The notes beneath the pieces were generated by a model that ran no database searches, was not told where the DNA came from, and worked only from the letters and a program-made list of their open reading frames with translations. From Candidatus Omnitrophota bacterium (GTDB lineage: Bacteria; Omnitrophota; Gorgyraeia; Aquiviventales; Aquiviventaceae), in the NCBI GenBank assembly GCA_016206725.1, contig JACQRA010000016.1:1-32405 (forward strand): DNA of 32,405 nt. The letters are read 5' to 3'. Of the stretch, positions 1 to 8,174 are shown one piece after another. Each line of letters opens with the position of its first letter. Position 1 is the stretch's first letter. The translations under genes were made by a program, and so were the position numbers.

Positions 1-876
1 ACCAGGACTGACGGCATAGAGGCCGAGGAGAAACACCAGTCCTTCCCGCCAAGGATCAGCCGGCTCGTGGCGCCGAGACCGCCGCCACACCCAGCCCAAG
101 AAGACGGCAGCCCACCCCCAATAGACCTTGGGCCCGTAGACTTGGAGCAGTTGGTTGACGCCGGTTGCCGCTTCCACTATTCCCTCAAGACCACACCACT
201 CCAGGAGACGAGGGCCCTGCAGGAAGAGCATGCCATACCCCCACGCGCCATACGCCCAGACCGGCGAGGCCATGATGCCGTGGCGGTACGTCCCGATCAA
301 GGTGACATTGGCCAACAGAGTCACCAGCGCGAAACCGGCGACAAGAGCAAGACGGCGAGTCCGGCTGGCCAACATCAGCGGAAGTATCAGCAACCCGAAA
401 TGCTGCCGGACGCTGGCGCTGAGCGCCAGCGCCACCCCCGAGGCCATCCGGCGATGACGCTCGGCGTACCACAGCGCCAAGACTGCGCCGGCTGCGGCCG
501 GCGTGTGGAGCTGGCCGTGGTAGACGGAGAGGAGGAAGCTCACGGGATTCACTATATAGAGGAAGGCGGCCCAAGCGCCCCCGCGTGACATCGTGCGCAA
601 CGTCAGCGCGATCGCCAAGTCCGCCAGGATGGCCGGCACCTTGAGCCAGAAGGCGTAGCTGAGGCCCGTCCACATCGAGGCCAGGAGGGGGGCGGTCGCC
701 AGCCAATAGTAGCCCAGCGGGAAAATGGACGGATGCTCCGGTCGGAGGACAGAGGGGCTGTGGAGAAACGCTTCGGCTTGCGCCAGCGTCTGGGGAATGT
801 CATTGGTCCACCCCCAGCACGCCGCGAGGATCAGTTTGACGACCGTCATCGCGACCAACCACGCCGTCAAGCGCAT
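1..876 (-). CDS. GT-C-fold polytopic membrane glycosyltransferase (DUF2029/GT87- or PMT_2-like), 3' end cut by window edge
   Basis: Absent from the supplied track because it has no stop in the window. My translation of the reverse strand from ATG 876..874 is stop-free for all 292 codons down to position 1: MRLTAWLVAMTVVKLILAACWGW...LKVPAILADLAIALTLRTMSRGG...VNPVSFLLSVYHGQLH...LLILPLMLASR... It has multiple hydrophobic helices and a loop pattern typical of lipid-linked-sugar-dependent GT-C enzymes. The ATG lies 1 nt after the TAG of the upstream gene. Confidence 0.6.
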   Translation of the reverse strand, partial: MRLTAWLVAMTVVKLILAACWGWTNDIPQTLAQAEAFLHSPSVLRPEHPSIFPLGYYWLATAPLLASMWTGLSYAFWLKVPAILADLAIALTLRTMSRGGAWAAFLYIVNPVSFLLSVYHGQLHTPAAAGAVLALWYAERHRRMASGVALALSASVRQHFGLLILPLMLASRTRRLALVAGFALVTLLANVTLIGTYRHGIMASPVWAYGAWGYGMLFLQGPRLLEWCGLEGIVEAATGVNQLLQVYGPKVYWGWAAVFLGWVWRRSRRHEPADPWREGLVFLLGLYAVSPG

Positions 877-877
877 C

Positions 878-2719
878 CTACAACCATCTGCGCCACCAAT
901 AGACCAGCATCGCCACATACTCATGGAGCAGGCCGCGAATCTGTTCCAGGCTCGCCCCTCGACGGTGCGCGTAGAACTGGCTCTGCGGAACCGGGGTGGG
1001 AATCACGGTCGTCTCCGGCGCCAGCTTGCGCCACGTCAACAGCACCCGGCGCATGTGGTAGGGGGAACTGACGAGGAGCACCGAACGCCACTGATGTTCC
1101 TTCAGCATCCGGTCCACAAAGACCACATTCTCGTAGGTATTCGCCGCCGCGGTCTCGAGCAGGATCGCGTTGGCCGGGATGCCGAGCCCAATGGCACGTT
1201 CCTTCATCACCTCGGTCTCATGGAAGACAAACGTGAAGCCTGAGGAGAAAATCATGTGCTCGGCGAATCCCTGACGATAGAGATCCGCCGCCTGCTTGAC
1301 GCGCTCTTGATAGCCTCCTCCGGCCTTCCCTGACTCCCCGACACCTCCCGCAAACACAACAATCGCATCAGCCGCCCTCGGCGGTTGGACAACCTGCAGG
1401 GGTGCGGCCAGCCACCACGGCAGCGGGCTCTGGAACAGGAGCAGGTACACCGAAGCCAACCCGATGATGGTACGAAGGACTCGGCGCTGGGCGAGGCGAT
1501 AGAGCCGGCTCAGGGAGACCTCCCACGACACGATCGGTGCCGGTCGGAAGGCGAGCCGCTCATCAATCAGCCTCGACATCTGCGCAATCCGCGCGCGCCA
1601 ACTGTTCTGCGACGCCACGTCGATTCGCCGTCGGATCTCTTCCGATGAGGCGGGCGAGAGTGCCGTGCGAATCGCCGTCGCGAACTCTTCCGCGCTGCGC
1701 GCCACCACCGCGATGTTGCCGTACTCCGCGTTGAACCGTCTGATCTCGGGCAGGTCCGTCGCCACGACCGGCAGCCCCATCGCGAGATATTCGTTGAGCT
1801 TCGTCGGATACACGTGGGCCGTATACTCGCTCAACCGATAGGAGATGATGCTGACGTCGAAGCCCTTCATGTAGTGCGGAATCCGCTCGTGGGGACGTCC
1901 GTGGAGCAAATGGATATTGGTGCATCGCATGAGGCGCGAGACATCGGTCTGCAACGGGCCCACAAGGACGAAGCTCGCTTCCGGCAGGCGTTCGGCGGCT
2001 CGCACGAGCAGATCCTGGTCCACCCACTGGTGGACGCCGCCGACGTAGCCGACGATGGGTCGTGACAGCCGCCGCAGCTCCTCCGGAATGTCACTCGCAG
2101 CCTGCCGCACGCGCTCGAACTGTTCGAAATCCACGCCGAAGGGAAACAGATGCACCCGGGTACTGAAGTGCTCCGCCCGCCGGCGAAGTTTTTCCGACGT
2201 GACAAAGACCAGGTCGGCCCTGCGGAACAGCTCGGCCTCACTGCCCGCAATTTTCCGGGCCTGGGATGAGCTGGAGGCGAGGTCATCAATGCAGTAGTAC
2301 ACCGTCAACTCCGGTTCCAACGCTTGGATGAGGTCGTGCACGATCGGGGTGGGCAAGAACGTCCACAGGAGGGGCCGACGAAACCCGGTCGCGCTCATCC
2401 AACGCTGCAGAGCCCGCAGCAGAAGCTTTCGGTTGACCCACCGCGCCAGACGGGCATAGGGGAACGGTAGGAGGATCGGCGAATACACGAACAGCCGAGG
2501 CTGAACCTCACGGAACCCTTTCAGGCTGCGCCACCAGTTGGTCAGCCGATGCCAGACGCGTCCAACGTCCCGAAAGCCCGGGGAGCGTACGCCGGTGTTT
2601 TCGATAAAGAGCACCCGGTTGCCCTCGCGGGCCAGGGTGGACATGATCTGCTGGTGCCCTTGCCAAATGAAGTCCCAGTCGATGGAAGACAAGCACACGA
2701 TATCTTGGTGGTTGAGCAT
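878..2719 (-). CDS. Fusion protein: GT4 (GT-B, Glycos_transf_1-like) glycosyltransferase, one TM helix, then a DUF218 (YdcF/ElyC/SanA-like) domain
   Basis: Track ORF 878..2830 trimmed to ATG 2719 (MLNHQDIVCLSSIDWDFIWQGHQQ...), 2 nt after the TAA of the upstream gene. The long form would overlap that gene by 109 nt. The N-terminal ~430 aa look like a GT-B fold (PIVGYVGGV..., PTKLNEYLAMGLPVVATD). A hydrophobic segment follows (VLRTIIGLASVYLLLFQSPLPWWLAAPL). The C-terminal part carries DUF218 signatures (AIVVFAGGVGE, ETAAANTYENVVF, LLVSSPYHMRR). Confidence 0.85.
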   Translation of the reverse strand: MLNHQDIVCLSSIDWDFIWQGHQQIMSTLAREGNRVLFIENTGVRSPGFRDVGRVWHRLTNWWRSLKGFREVQPRLFVYSPILLPFPYARLARWVNRKLLLRALQRWMSATGFRRPLLWTFLPTPIVHDLIQALEPELTVYYCIDDLASSSSQARKIAGSEAELFRRADLVFVTSEKLRRRAEHFSTRVHLFPFGVDFEQFERVRQAASDIPEELRRLSRPIVGYVGGVHQWVDQDLLVRAAERLPEASFVLVGPLQTDVSRLMRCTNIHLLHGRPHERIPHYMKGFDVSIISYRLSEYTAHVYPTKLNEYLAMGLPVVATDLPEIRRFNAEYGNIAVVARSAEEFATAIRTALSPASSEEIRRRIDVASQNSWRARIAQMSRLIDERLAFRPAPIVSWEVSLSRLYRLAQRRVLRTIIGLASVYLLLFQSPLPWWLAAPLQVVQPPRAADAIVVFAGGVGESGKAGGGYQERVKQAADLYRQGFAEHMIFSSGFTFVFHETEVMKERAIGLGIPANAILLETAAANTYENVVFVDRMLKEHQWRSVLLVSSPYHMRRVLLTWRKLAPETTVIPTPVPQSQFYAHRRGASLEQIRGLLHEYVAMLVYWWRRWL

Positions 2720-2721
2720 CG

Positions 2722-4581
2722 TTAGGGTTTGGTCCCAGCGATCATCCAGCCCCGCTCGTAAGCAATCGTCATCTCCTCGAGGCCCGCCTCGCGAAAGAGC
2801 GCGAGCGCCCCCGTTCGGCTGTACCGCCACTCCACCGGCGCGGAAAACCGATCGTAGAGATCAGCCGTGAGGTTGAAGGGGCCGGCGGCGTGGCGGAACG
2901 GTATCCCGGCGGCGAGGCGTTGCCCGCCGGGCAACCGGCGCAAGCACTGATACGGCGCCGCAAAGAGCAGGTAGACCATCGGTGAACACGCCTGGCAACA
3001 CCGATAGAGTAGCCGCGGGGGAAGTTGCGTCGTCGCGCGGCGCATGGCATTCGCCACCCTGAGGAGCCAACGCCAGACGAACGACCGGTCGCTGAAGTCT
3101 TCATAGAGATAGGCCGCCACCTGCGCGCCCGGTTTGAGCACGCGCGTCAGCTCACGCAATCCCTCGAGCGGCAAGGCCACATGGTGGAGGACACCGTAGG
3201 AATAGATGAAGTCGAAGAGACCGCCGGGAAACGGCAACCGGCAGAGATCCGCTTGAACCACCGAGGCCGACGACCATGGTTGCGAGCGTCGCCGGCTGAT
3301 GCGGCAGCCCTCATCGCTCAGCTCAACACCGATCACCTCGACCCCCGGGCGCTTCGCCTGGTTGATGAGGTCCACCCCCTCGCCGCAGCCCGCATCCAGC
3401 ACTCGTCCCTTGAGCGGGGGCAACGAGAGCCGCTCGGCCATCCGCTCGAAGTGGTACGGGCCGAACCCGTCGGCGGATGCCTGCGCCTCCGAGCGGCTCC
3501 ACAGATACCCGAAGCGCAGCCTCGTCCTCTTGGTGATCTCCGCGTGGCGTGGGAAGATGGGGGCGGGCGAGCGGTTCCAGACACCGGAGACCCGAGCACA
3601 GAACAGCGCGAAATTCCCCTTGTCACCGATCATCGTTCGGCGCAGTTCGAACGGACGGTGGTCAGGGGCATTCAAGCCTTCGTCCGTCGTCACCGCACAC
3701 GTGTAGCCGGCTGCGCGAACCGCCTCGACCACCGTCTGATTCCAGGCCCCATACGGATAGGCGAAGAGACGACAAGGCCTCCCAAGCTCGCGCTCAATGA
3801 GGTCCTTGGAGGCTCGGGCTTCCCTCACTTGCTCTGGGTGAGCGAGACCGATAAGGTTGCGGTGCGTCAGCCCATGCGAGCCCACCGTCACCAGGTTGGT
3901 CGCTACGACCTCTCGCCACTGTGCCCATCCAGCCGGCGAAAATTCTGGATACCGCTCGAGCATCCCGGCGCGCTGTCCGGCGGCCAGCAAGGCAGGCATC
4001 ACGGCTTGCCACTGACCGGGAGACATCGCCGTCAGACGCCGGCTCAGCGTCATGAACGTCTCCTCCGGATGGCGCATGGTCCGCCCGTCAATGACTAGCT
4101 CGTCGGTCAAGCGCATCGCCGTGCTCTCGCGCGCGCGCTCATGAACCAGCACGCGCAGGAGATCGAACCACGACCACGAACCCCGCTGGACATCATCGGC
4201 CGGCACACACGCGGTGACTGGCACGCGAAACTGGCGCAGGAGCGGCATGATCGTCTCCAGCGTCTGGCGGTAGCCGTCATCGAAGGTGATCATCACGGCC
4301 CGCTCCGGGAAAGGCCGTCCGGCCGTGAGACAGGCCAGGACGTCATCGAGCGAGACGACCGTGAAGGCGCGCACCAGATATTGCAGGTGCCGCGCAAACA
4401 ACTCCGCACGGATAAAGAGATTCCCTAACGCGGCCGGTCCGGTAACCTGTGGCACCACGCCGTGGTACATCACAATCCGCAGCCGACGCCCATGTCGGCG
4501 GCGGGCGTCCACCGCGAGGCCGCTCAGCATCATCCCCAGGGCGATCCACGGTTTCAAGGAACGGACAACGTGGCTCCTCAC
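2722..4581 (-). CDS. Fusion protein: CE4/NodB polysaccharide deacetylase plus class I SAM-dependent methyltransferase
   Basis: Track ORF 2722..4668 trimmed to GTG 4581. That codon forms a GTGA overlap with the upstream stop and is preceded by GGGAGGGG (4589..4596). An alternative ATG lies at 4533. CE4 motifs: MITFDDGY, GSHGLTH, LFAYPYG. Methyltransferase motif I is RVLDAGCGEGVD, followed by FDFIYSYGVLHH and VLKPGAQV. Confidence 0.85.
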   Translation of the reverse strand: MRSHVVRSLKPWIALGMMLSGLAVDARRRHGRRLRIVMYHGVVPQVTGPAALGNLFIRAELFARHLQYLVRAFTVVSLDDVLACLTAGRPFPERAVMITFDDGYRQTLETIMPLLRQFRVPVTACVPADDVQRGSWSWFDLLRVLVHERARESTAMRLTDELVIDGRTMRHPEETFMTLSRRLTAMSPGQWQAVMPALLAAGQRAGMLERYPEFSPAGWAQWREVVATNLVTVGSHGLTHRNLIGLAHPEQVREARASKDLIERELGRPCRLFAYPYGAWNQTVVEAVRAAGYTCAVTTDEGLNAPDHRPFELRRTMIGDKGNFALFCARVSGVWNRSPAPIFPRHAEITKRTRLRFGYLWSRSEAQASADGFGPYHFERMAERLSLPPLKGRVLDAGCGEGVDLINQAKRPGVEVIGVELSDEGCRISRRRSQPWSSASVVQADLCRLPFPGGLFDFIYSYGVLHHVALPLEGLRELTRVLKPGAQVAAYLYEDFSDRSFVWRWLLRVANAMRRATTQLPPRLLYRCCQACSPMVYLLFAAPYQCLRRLPGGQRLAAGIPFRHAAGPFNLTADLYDRFSAPVEWRYSRTGALALFREAGLEEMTIAYERGWMIAGTKP

Positions 4582-6284
4582 CGGCAGGCCCCTCCCTTGC
4601 CGACGAGGAACGGCCCCATCGCCAGGTAATCCAACCCGGATCCGAAGAAGCATCGAATGGCATCCCACGGCGTGCAGACCATGGGTTCGCCATTGAGGTT
4701 AAAGGACGTATTCAGCACGATCGGCACGCCCGTGAGACTTTCAAACGCCTTGATGAGCTCCCAGAAACGCGGATGGTCCTCGCGCCGGACCGTCTGAAGG
4801 CGGGCGCTGCCATCCACGTGTGTCACCGCGGGGATTTCATGGCGTTTCTCAGGGCGCACGGGACAGACAAACAGCATGAAGGGCGAGGGGTGGTCGCATT
4901 CAAAGTACTCGGCGGCCCGCTCCGCGAGGACCGCGGGGGCGAACGGGCGAAAGCCCTCCCGATGCTTGATGCAGCGGTTGACGAGATCCTTCATCTCAGG
5001 ACGACGGGGATCGGCGAGGATGCTGCGCGAGCCCAGCGCGCGCGGCCCGAATTCCACCGCGCCCTGGAACCAGCCGATCACCTTCCCCTCGGCCAGCAGC
5101 TCGGCGACGCGGCGCGTGAGAGACGGTGCTCTCGTATATGGGAGCTTGCACGCCTGCAAGGCCTCCTCGACCTCCTCATCGCGAAACGAGGGCCCGACAC
5201 ACGCGTGGGTCATCGGCGCATAGCGAGGAGCGTGGAATTCGCGGTGGGCGATCTCGAAGGCCGCACCGAGCGACGTGCCGGCGTCGCCTGCGGCCGGCTG
5301 GACAAAGATCCGCCGGAATGGCGAGCGGCGCAGTAACGCGCCGTTGGCGACACTGTTGAATGCCACCCCGCCGGCCAAGCAGAGATCGGCCAGGCCGGTC
5401 CGCTGATGCAGGTCTTCGGCCATCCGCGCGAGGACATCCTCCAGCCGCCGCTGGAGGCTGCAGGCCAGGTCTCGGTGGCGCTGGGTGATGGGTTCGTCCA
5501 CCCTGCGGCGTGGGCCAACGACCGCCGTGAACTTTCTGGAGAACCATCGCTCCGCACCCATGTAGTCAAAATAGGCCGGGTTGAGACGAAAGCTCCCTCG
5601 ACCATCCATCTGGAGAAGATCGGCAAACAGGTCCGCGTAGGCCGGCTGCCCGTACGCCGCCAACCCCATGACCTTATACTCATCACCAATGTGAAATCCC
5701 AGGTGGAGCGTCACGCTCAGGTAGAGCATGCCGAGCGAATGCGGCAGCGACACGGTCCCCAGTCGCTCGATGGCCGTCCCGCGGCCGACGCTGATGGTCG
5801 CACTCACCTCTTCGCCGCGGTTATCCATGGTCAAGATGGCGGCTTCCTCGAAGGGTGAGGCATAAAACGCACTCGCCGCGTGACACGCGTGATGGTCAAG
5901 AAAGCGAGGCGCCACGCGTCCCTCGGTGAATTGCTTGATCTTTTCGGCCTCTCGTAAATCCGACAGGAGCGGATAGACCGACCACCCGAGATAAAACAGC
6001 GCCGGCTTGAACGCCTTCAATCTCGCCAGTTCCTGGAGGTTCAGCCGCACGTTCGCCCGGAACATACGCCAGGGATCGAAGTTGAACCCGACCGCGTCCA
6101 CGTCGCTCCAGCTAATGCCAGCCGTGCGCAGGCATCGCTCGATCGCCAGGTGCGGAAAGCCTTTGCCGAATTTCACGCGATCCAAGCGCTCCTCTTCGAC
6201 CGCGAGCACGATGCCCTGATCCCCGATCAACGTCGCGGAGGCATCGTGGGCGAAGCCGGTGTTGACGCCGAGGATCCAGGTCAT
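4578..6284 (-). CDS. NodU/CmcH-family carbamoyltransferase
   Basis: Trimmed to ATG 6284 (ATGA overlap with the upstream stop). The N-terminus MTWILGVNTGFAHDASATLIGDQGIVLAVEEERLDRVK is the classic carbamoyltransferase N-domain start. The 568-aa length fits the two-domain architecture. Confidence 0.9.
   Translation of the reverse strand: MTWILGVNTGFAHDASATLIGDQGIVLAVEEERLDRVKFGKGFPHLAIERCLRTAGISWSDVDAVGFNFDPWRMFRANVRLNLQELARLKAFKPALFYLGWSVYPLLSDLREAEKIKQFTEGRVAPRFLDHHACHAASAFYASPFEEAAILTMDNRGEEVSATISVGRGTAIERLGTVSLPHSLGMLYLSVTLHLGFHIGDEYKVMGLAAYGQPAYADLFADLLQMDGRGSFRLNPAYFDYMGAERWFSRKFTAVVGPRRRVDEPITQRHRDLACSLQRRLEDVLARMAEDLHQRTGLADLCLAGGVAFNSVANGALLRRSPFRRIFVQPAAGDAGTSLGAAFEIAHREFHAPRYAPMTHACVGPSFRDEEVEEALQACKLPYTRAPSLTRRVAELLAEGKVIGWFQGAVEFGPRALGSRSILADPRRPEMKDLVNRCIKHREGFRPFAPAVLAERAAEYFECDHPSPFMLFVCPVRPEKRHEIPAVTHVDGSARLQTVRREDHPRFWELIKAFESLTGVPIVLNTSFNLNGEPMVCTPWDAIRCFFGSGLDYLAMGPFLVGKGGACR
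4589..4596 (-). promoter_or_regulatory. Shine-Dalgarno (GGGAGGGG) supporting the GTG 4581 start of the CE4-methyltransferase fusion
   Basis: Reverse strand reads GGGAGGGGCCTGCCGGTGA, with GTG overlapping the upstream TGA. Confidence 0.45.
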
Positions 6285-8170
6285 CGACGAACCCACAGCT
6301 CCAACATCAACAGGGTCCAGAGTTGATGCGCGTAATCGGCCCGGCCGCTGAGGTGCGCCTGCACCAGCGCGGTCACGCCGTCCTGTCGAAGCAGGCCGTC
6401 CCTCGCAACCTGTGAAGCCAGGAGAACGTCTTCAAGCATCCCGCGCAGCTCCGTCCGAAACCACGCGCTGATGGGCACCGCAAAGCCCCACTTGCGCCGA
6501 TGCAGCGTCTCGTCGGGCAGGAGGCCCGCCAGCGCCCGCTTCAAGAGCGCCTTGGACGTCAGGCGACGCAGTTTCATCGAGCTGGGCAACCGGGCCGCGA
6601 ACTCCACCACGTGATGATCGAGAAAGGGGGAGCGGGCTTCCAGGGAGTTGGCCATGCTCATGATGTCCATCTTCACCAACAAATCCGTCGGCAGATAAAA
6701 CGCCGTGTCCACCGCCAGCGCCGCGTCGACCGCATCCAGCTCCTGAGTGGCCTCGCATAATTGTTCGATCATACCATGGTTCAACGCGCCGGTTGGCCGT
6801 CCAGCCACGGTTGATCTCAACTCCGCCTCCATCACGCCCACCCACCGTTCATAGCGTCCGGCGCGGGACGATGCGGCGGCTTGCAGGAAACGCTGGAGGC
6901 GGCCCGGCAGGCGCTGGCGATCCGATGACACCGAGGGCCACCGCGCCACCAGCCATTCCACCGGACGGCGCGCCGCCGAGGGGACCGCTTGCCATTGTTC
7001 CGCCAGCCGGTTGGCGGCATGGCGCCCGTACCCTGCAAACGCTTCATCCCCCCCGTCACCGTTCAGCGCCACGGTCACATGCTCGCGGGTCAGCCGGGAC
7101 AGATAGTAGGTTGGAATCGCCGAGGAGTCCGCAAACGGCTCGCCGAAATGCTGAATCAACGTCGGCAGCACCTCCAAGGCCTGAGGCCGCACGACGAATT
7201 CGTGATGCTCGCATCCAAAGGCCTGCGCCACGCGGCGGGCATGCGGCAACTCGTTATAGCGCATCTCCTCAAACCCGATACTGAATGTCTTCACCGGCCG
7301 CTCTGAGCAGCGGGCCATGAGCGCCACGACGGCGCTGGAATCGACCCCACCGCTCAAGAACGCGCCAAGCGGCACATCGGCGACCAGACGCTTGCGCACC
7401 GCCTGGGTGAGCAGCTCGAGCAGGCGCTGCGCGGCATCGGTCTCGCTGATGGCCAGTTTGGGGGTATAGGCGAGCGACCAATATCGTTTCAGGCGCGTGC
7501 CGGTCCGGTCATAGATCAGCAGATGTGCGGGCGGCAGCTTCCGAACGGACCGGTAGATCGACAGCGGCGCGGGGATCGCCATGTACGTCAGATAATAATG
7601 AAGCGCCTCCACGTCAAGTTCCCGCGAAATCGACGGGTCGCTCAACAAGGCCTGGAATTCCGAGGCGAAGACCAGACGGCCGGCCAACTCCGCGTACAGG
7701 AGCGGTTTCTTGCCGAATCGATCTCGGGCCAAGAGAAGCCGCTGCCGGCGATCATCCCACACGGCCAGGGCGAACATCCCCTCGAGCCGATTCACAAATG
7801 CCTCGCCGTCTTCTTCATAGAGATGCACAATCACTTCGGTATCGGAGCGCGTCGCGAAACGGTGGCCCTTCTGCTCCAAGACCTGGCGCAGCTCGCGGAA
7901 GTTGTAGATCTCGCCGTTGCACACCGTCCAGATAGTCTGATCTTCGTTCGCGATCGGCTGATGGCCGCCCTGGACATCGATAATACTCAGCCGCTGGATG
8001 CCGAGCGCGGCTCTCGCCCCGCGGTCTCGAGCGGCGTCTGCGTCACGTGGGAAGAAGGCGACGCCTCGCTCATCCGGCCCACGATGGATCATCCGTTCGC
8101 ACATCTGACGCACCAGCGCTTCAGCAATCGGCCGCCCGGCACGATCAACCAGTCCGACAATCCCGCACAT
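6281..8170 (-). CDS. asnB: Asparagine synthase (glutamine-hydrolysing)-family amidotransferase, AsnB-like
   Basis: Trimmed to ATG 8170 so the protein starts MCGIVGL, with Cys2 as the Ntn glutaminase nucleophile. PP-loop AFLSGGVDSSAVVA lies in the synthetase domain. Length 629 aa. The symbol is used only in the family sense. Confidence 0.9.
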   Translation of the reverse strand: MCGIVGLVDRAGRPIAEALVRQMCERMIHRGPDERGVAFFPRDADAARDRGARAALGIQRLSIIDVQGGHQPIANEDQTIWTVCNGEIYNFRELRQVLEQKGHRFATRSDTEVIVHLYEEDGEAFVNRLEGMFALAVWDDRRQRLLLARDRFGKKPLLYAELAGRLVFASEFQALLSDPSISRELDVEALHYYLTYMAIPAPLSIYRSVRKLPPAHLLIYDRTGTRLKRYWSLAYTPKLAISETDAAQRLLELLTQAVRKRLVADVPLGAFLSGGVDSSAVVALMARCSERPVKTFSIGFEEMRYNELPHARRVAQAFGCEHHEFVVRPQALEVLPTLIQHFGEPFADSSAIPTYYLSRLTREHVTVALNGDGGDEAFAGYGRHAANRLAEQWQAVPSAARRPVEWLVARWPSVSSDRQRLPGRLQRFLQAAASSRAGRYERWVGVMEAELRSTVAGRPTGALNHGMIEQLCEATQELDAVDAALAVDTAFYLPTDLLVKMDIMSMANSLEARSPFLDHHVVEFAARLPSSMKLRRLTSKALLKRALAGLLPDETLHRRKWGFAVPISAWFRTELRGMLEDVLLASQVARDGLLRQDGVTALVQAHLSGRADYAHQLWTLLMLELWVRR

Positions 8171-8174
8171 CGCG

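Noticed and set aside
185-803. Track ORFs 185..706 (-), 603..803 (-) and 67..588 (+) at the left edge.
   Set aside because: They are out of frame with the 292-codon open frame starting at 876, which encodes a coherent membrane protein. Their translations are Pro/Arg/Gly-rich shadows.
2720-2830. N-terminal extensions of the maximal track ORFs, for example 878..2830, 4578..6296, 6281..8281, 8175..9581, 10656..12053, 17003..18064, 18463..19329, 21144..23009 and 29967..30983.
   Set aside because: The extensions overlap the 3' ends of upstream genes by 30-190 nt and add Arg/Gly/Pro-rich leaders absent from the protein families. In every case a start codon abutting or 1-4 nt overlapping the upstream stop gives the canonical family N-terminus (MCGIVG, MILGVTPARGGSKG, MFNGLKGKRVLITGASGGIG and so on).
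6281-8170. The AsnB homologue as a lasso-peptide cyclase (McjC-like).
   Set aside because: Lasso cyclases lack the functional N-terminal glutaminase domain. This protein begins MCGIVG with the Cys2 nucleophile and is full length (629 aa). No B-protein protease or precursor is present.
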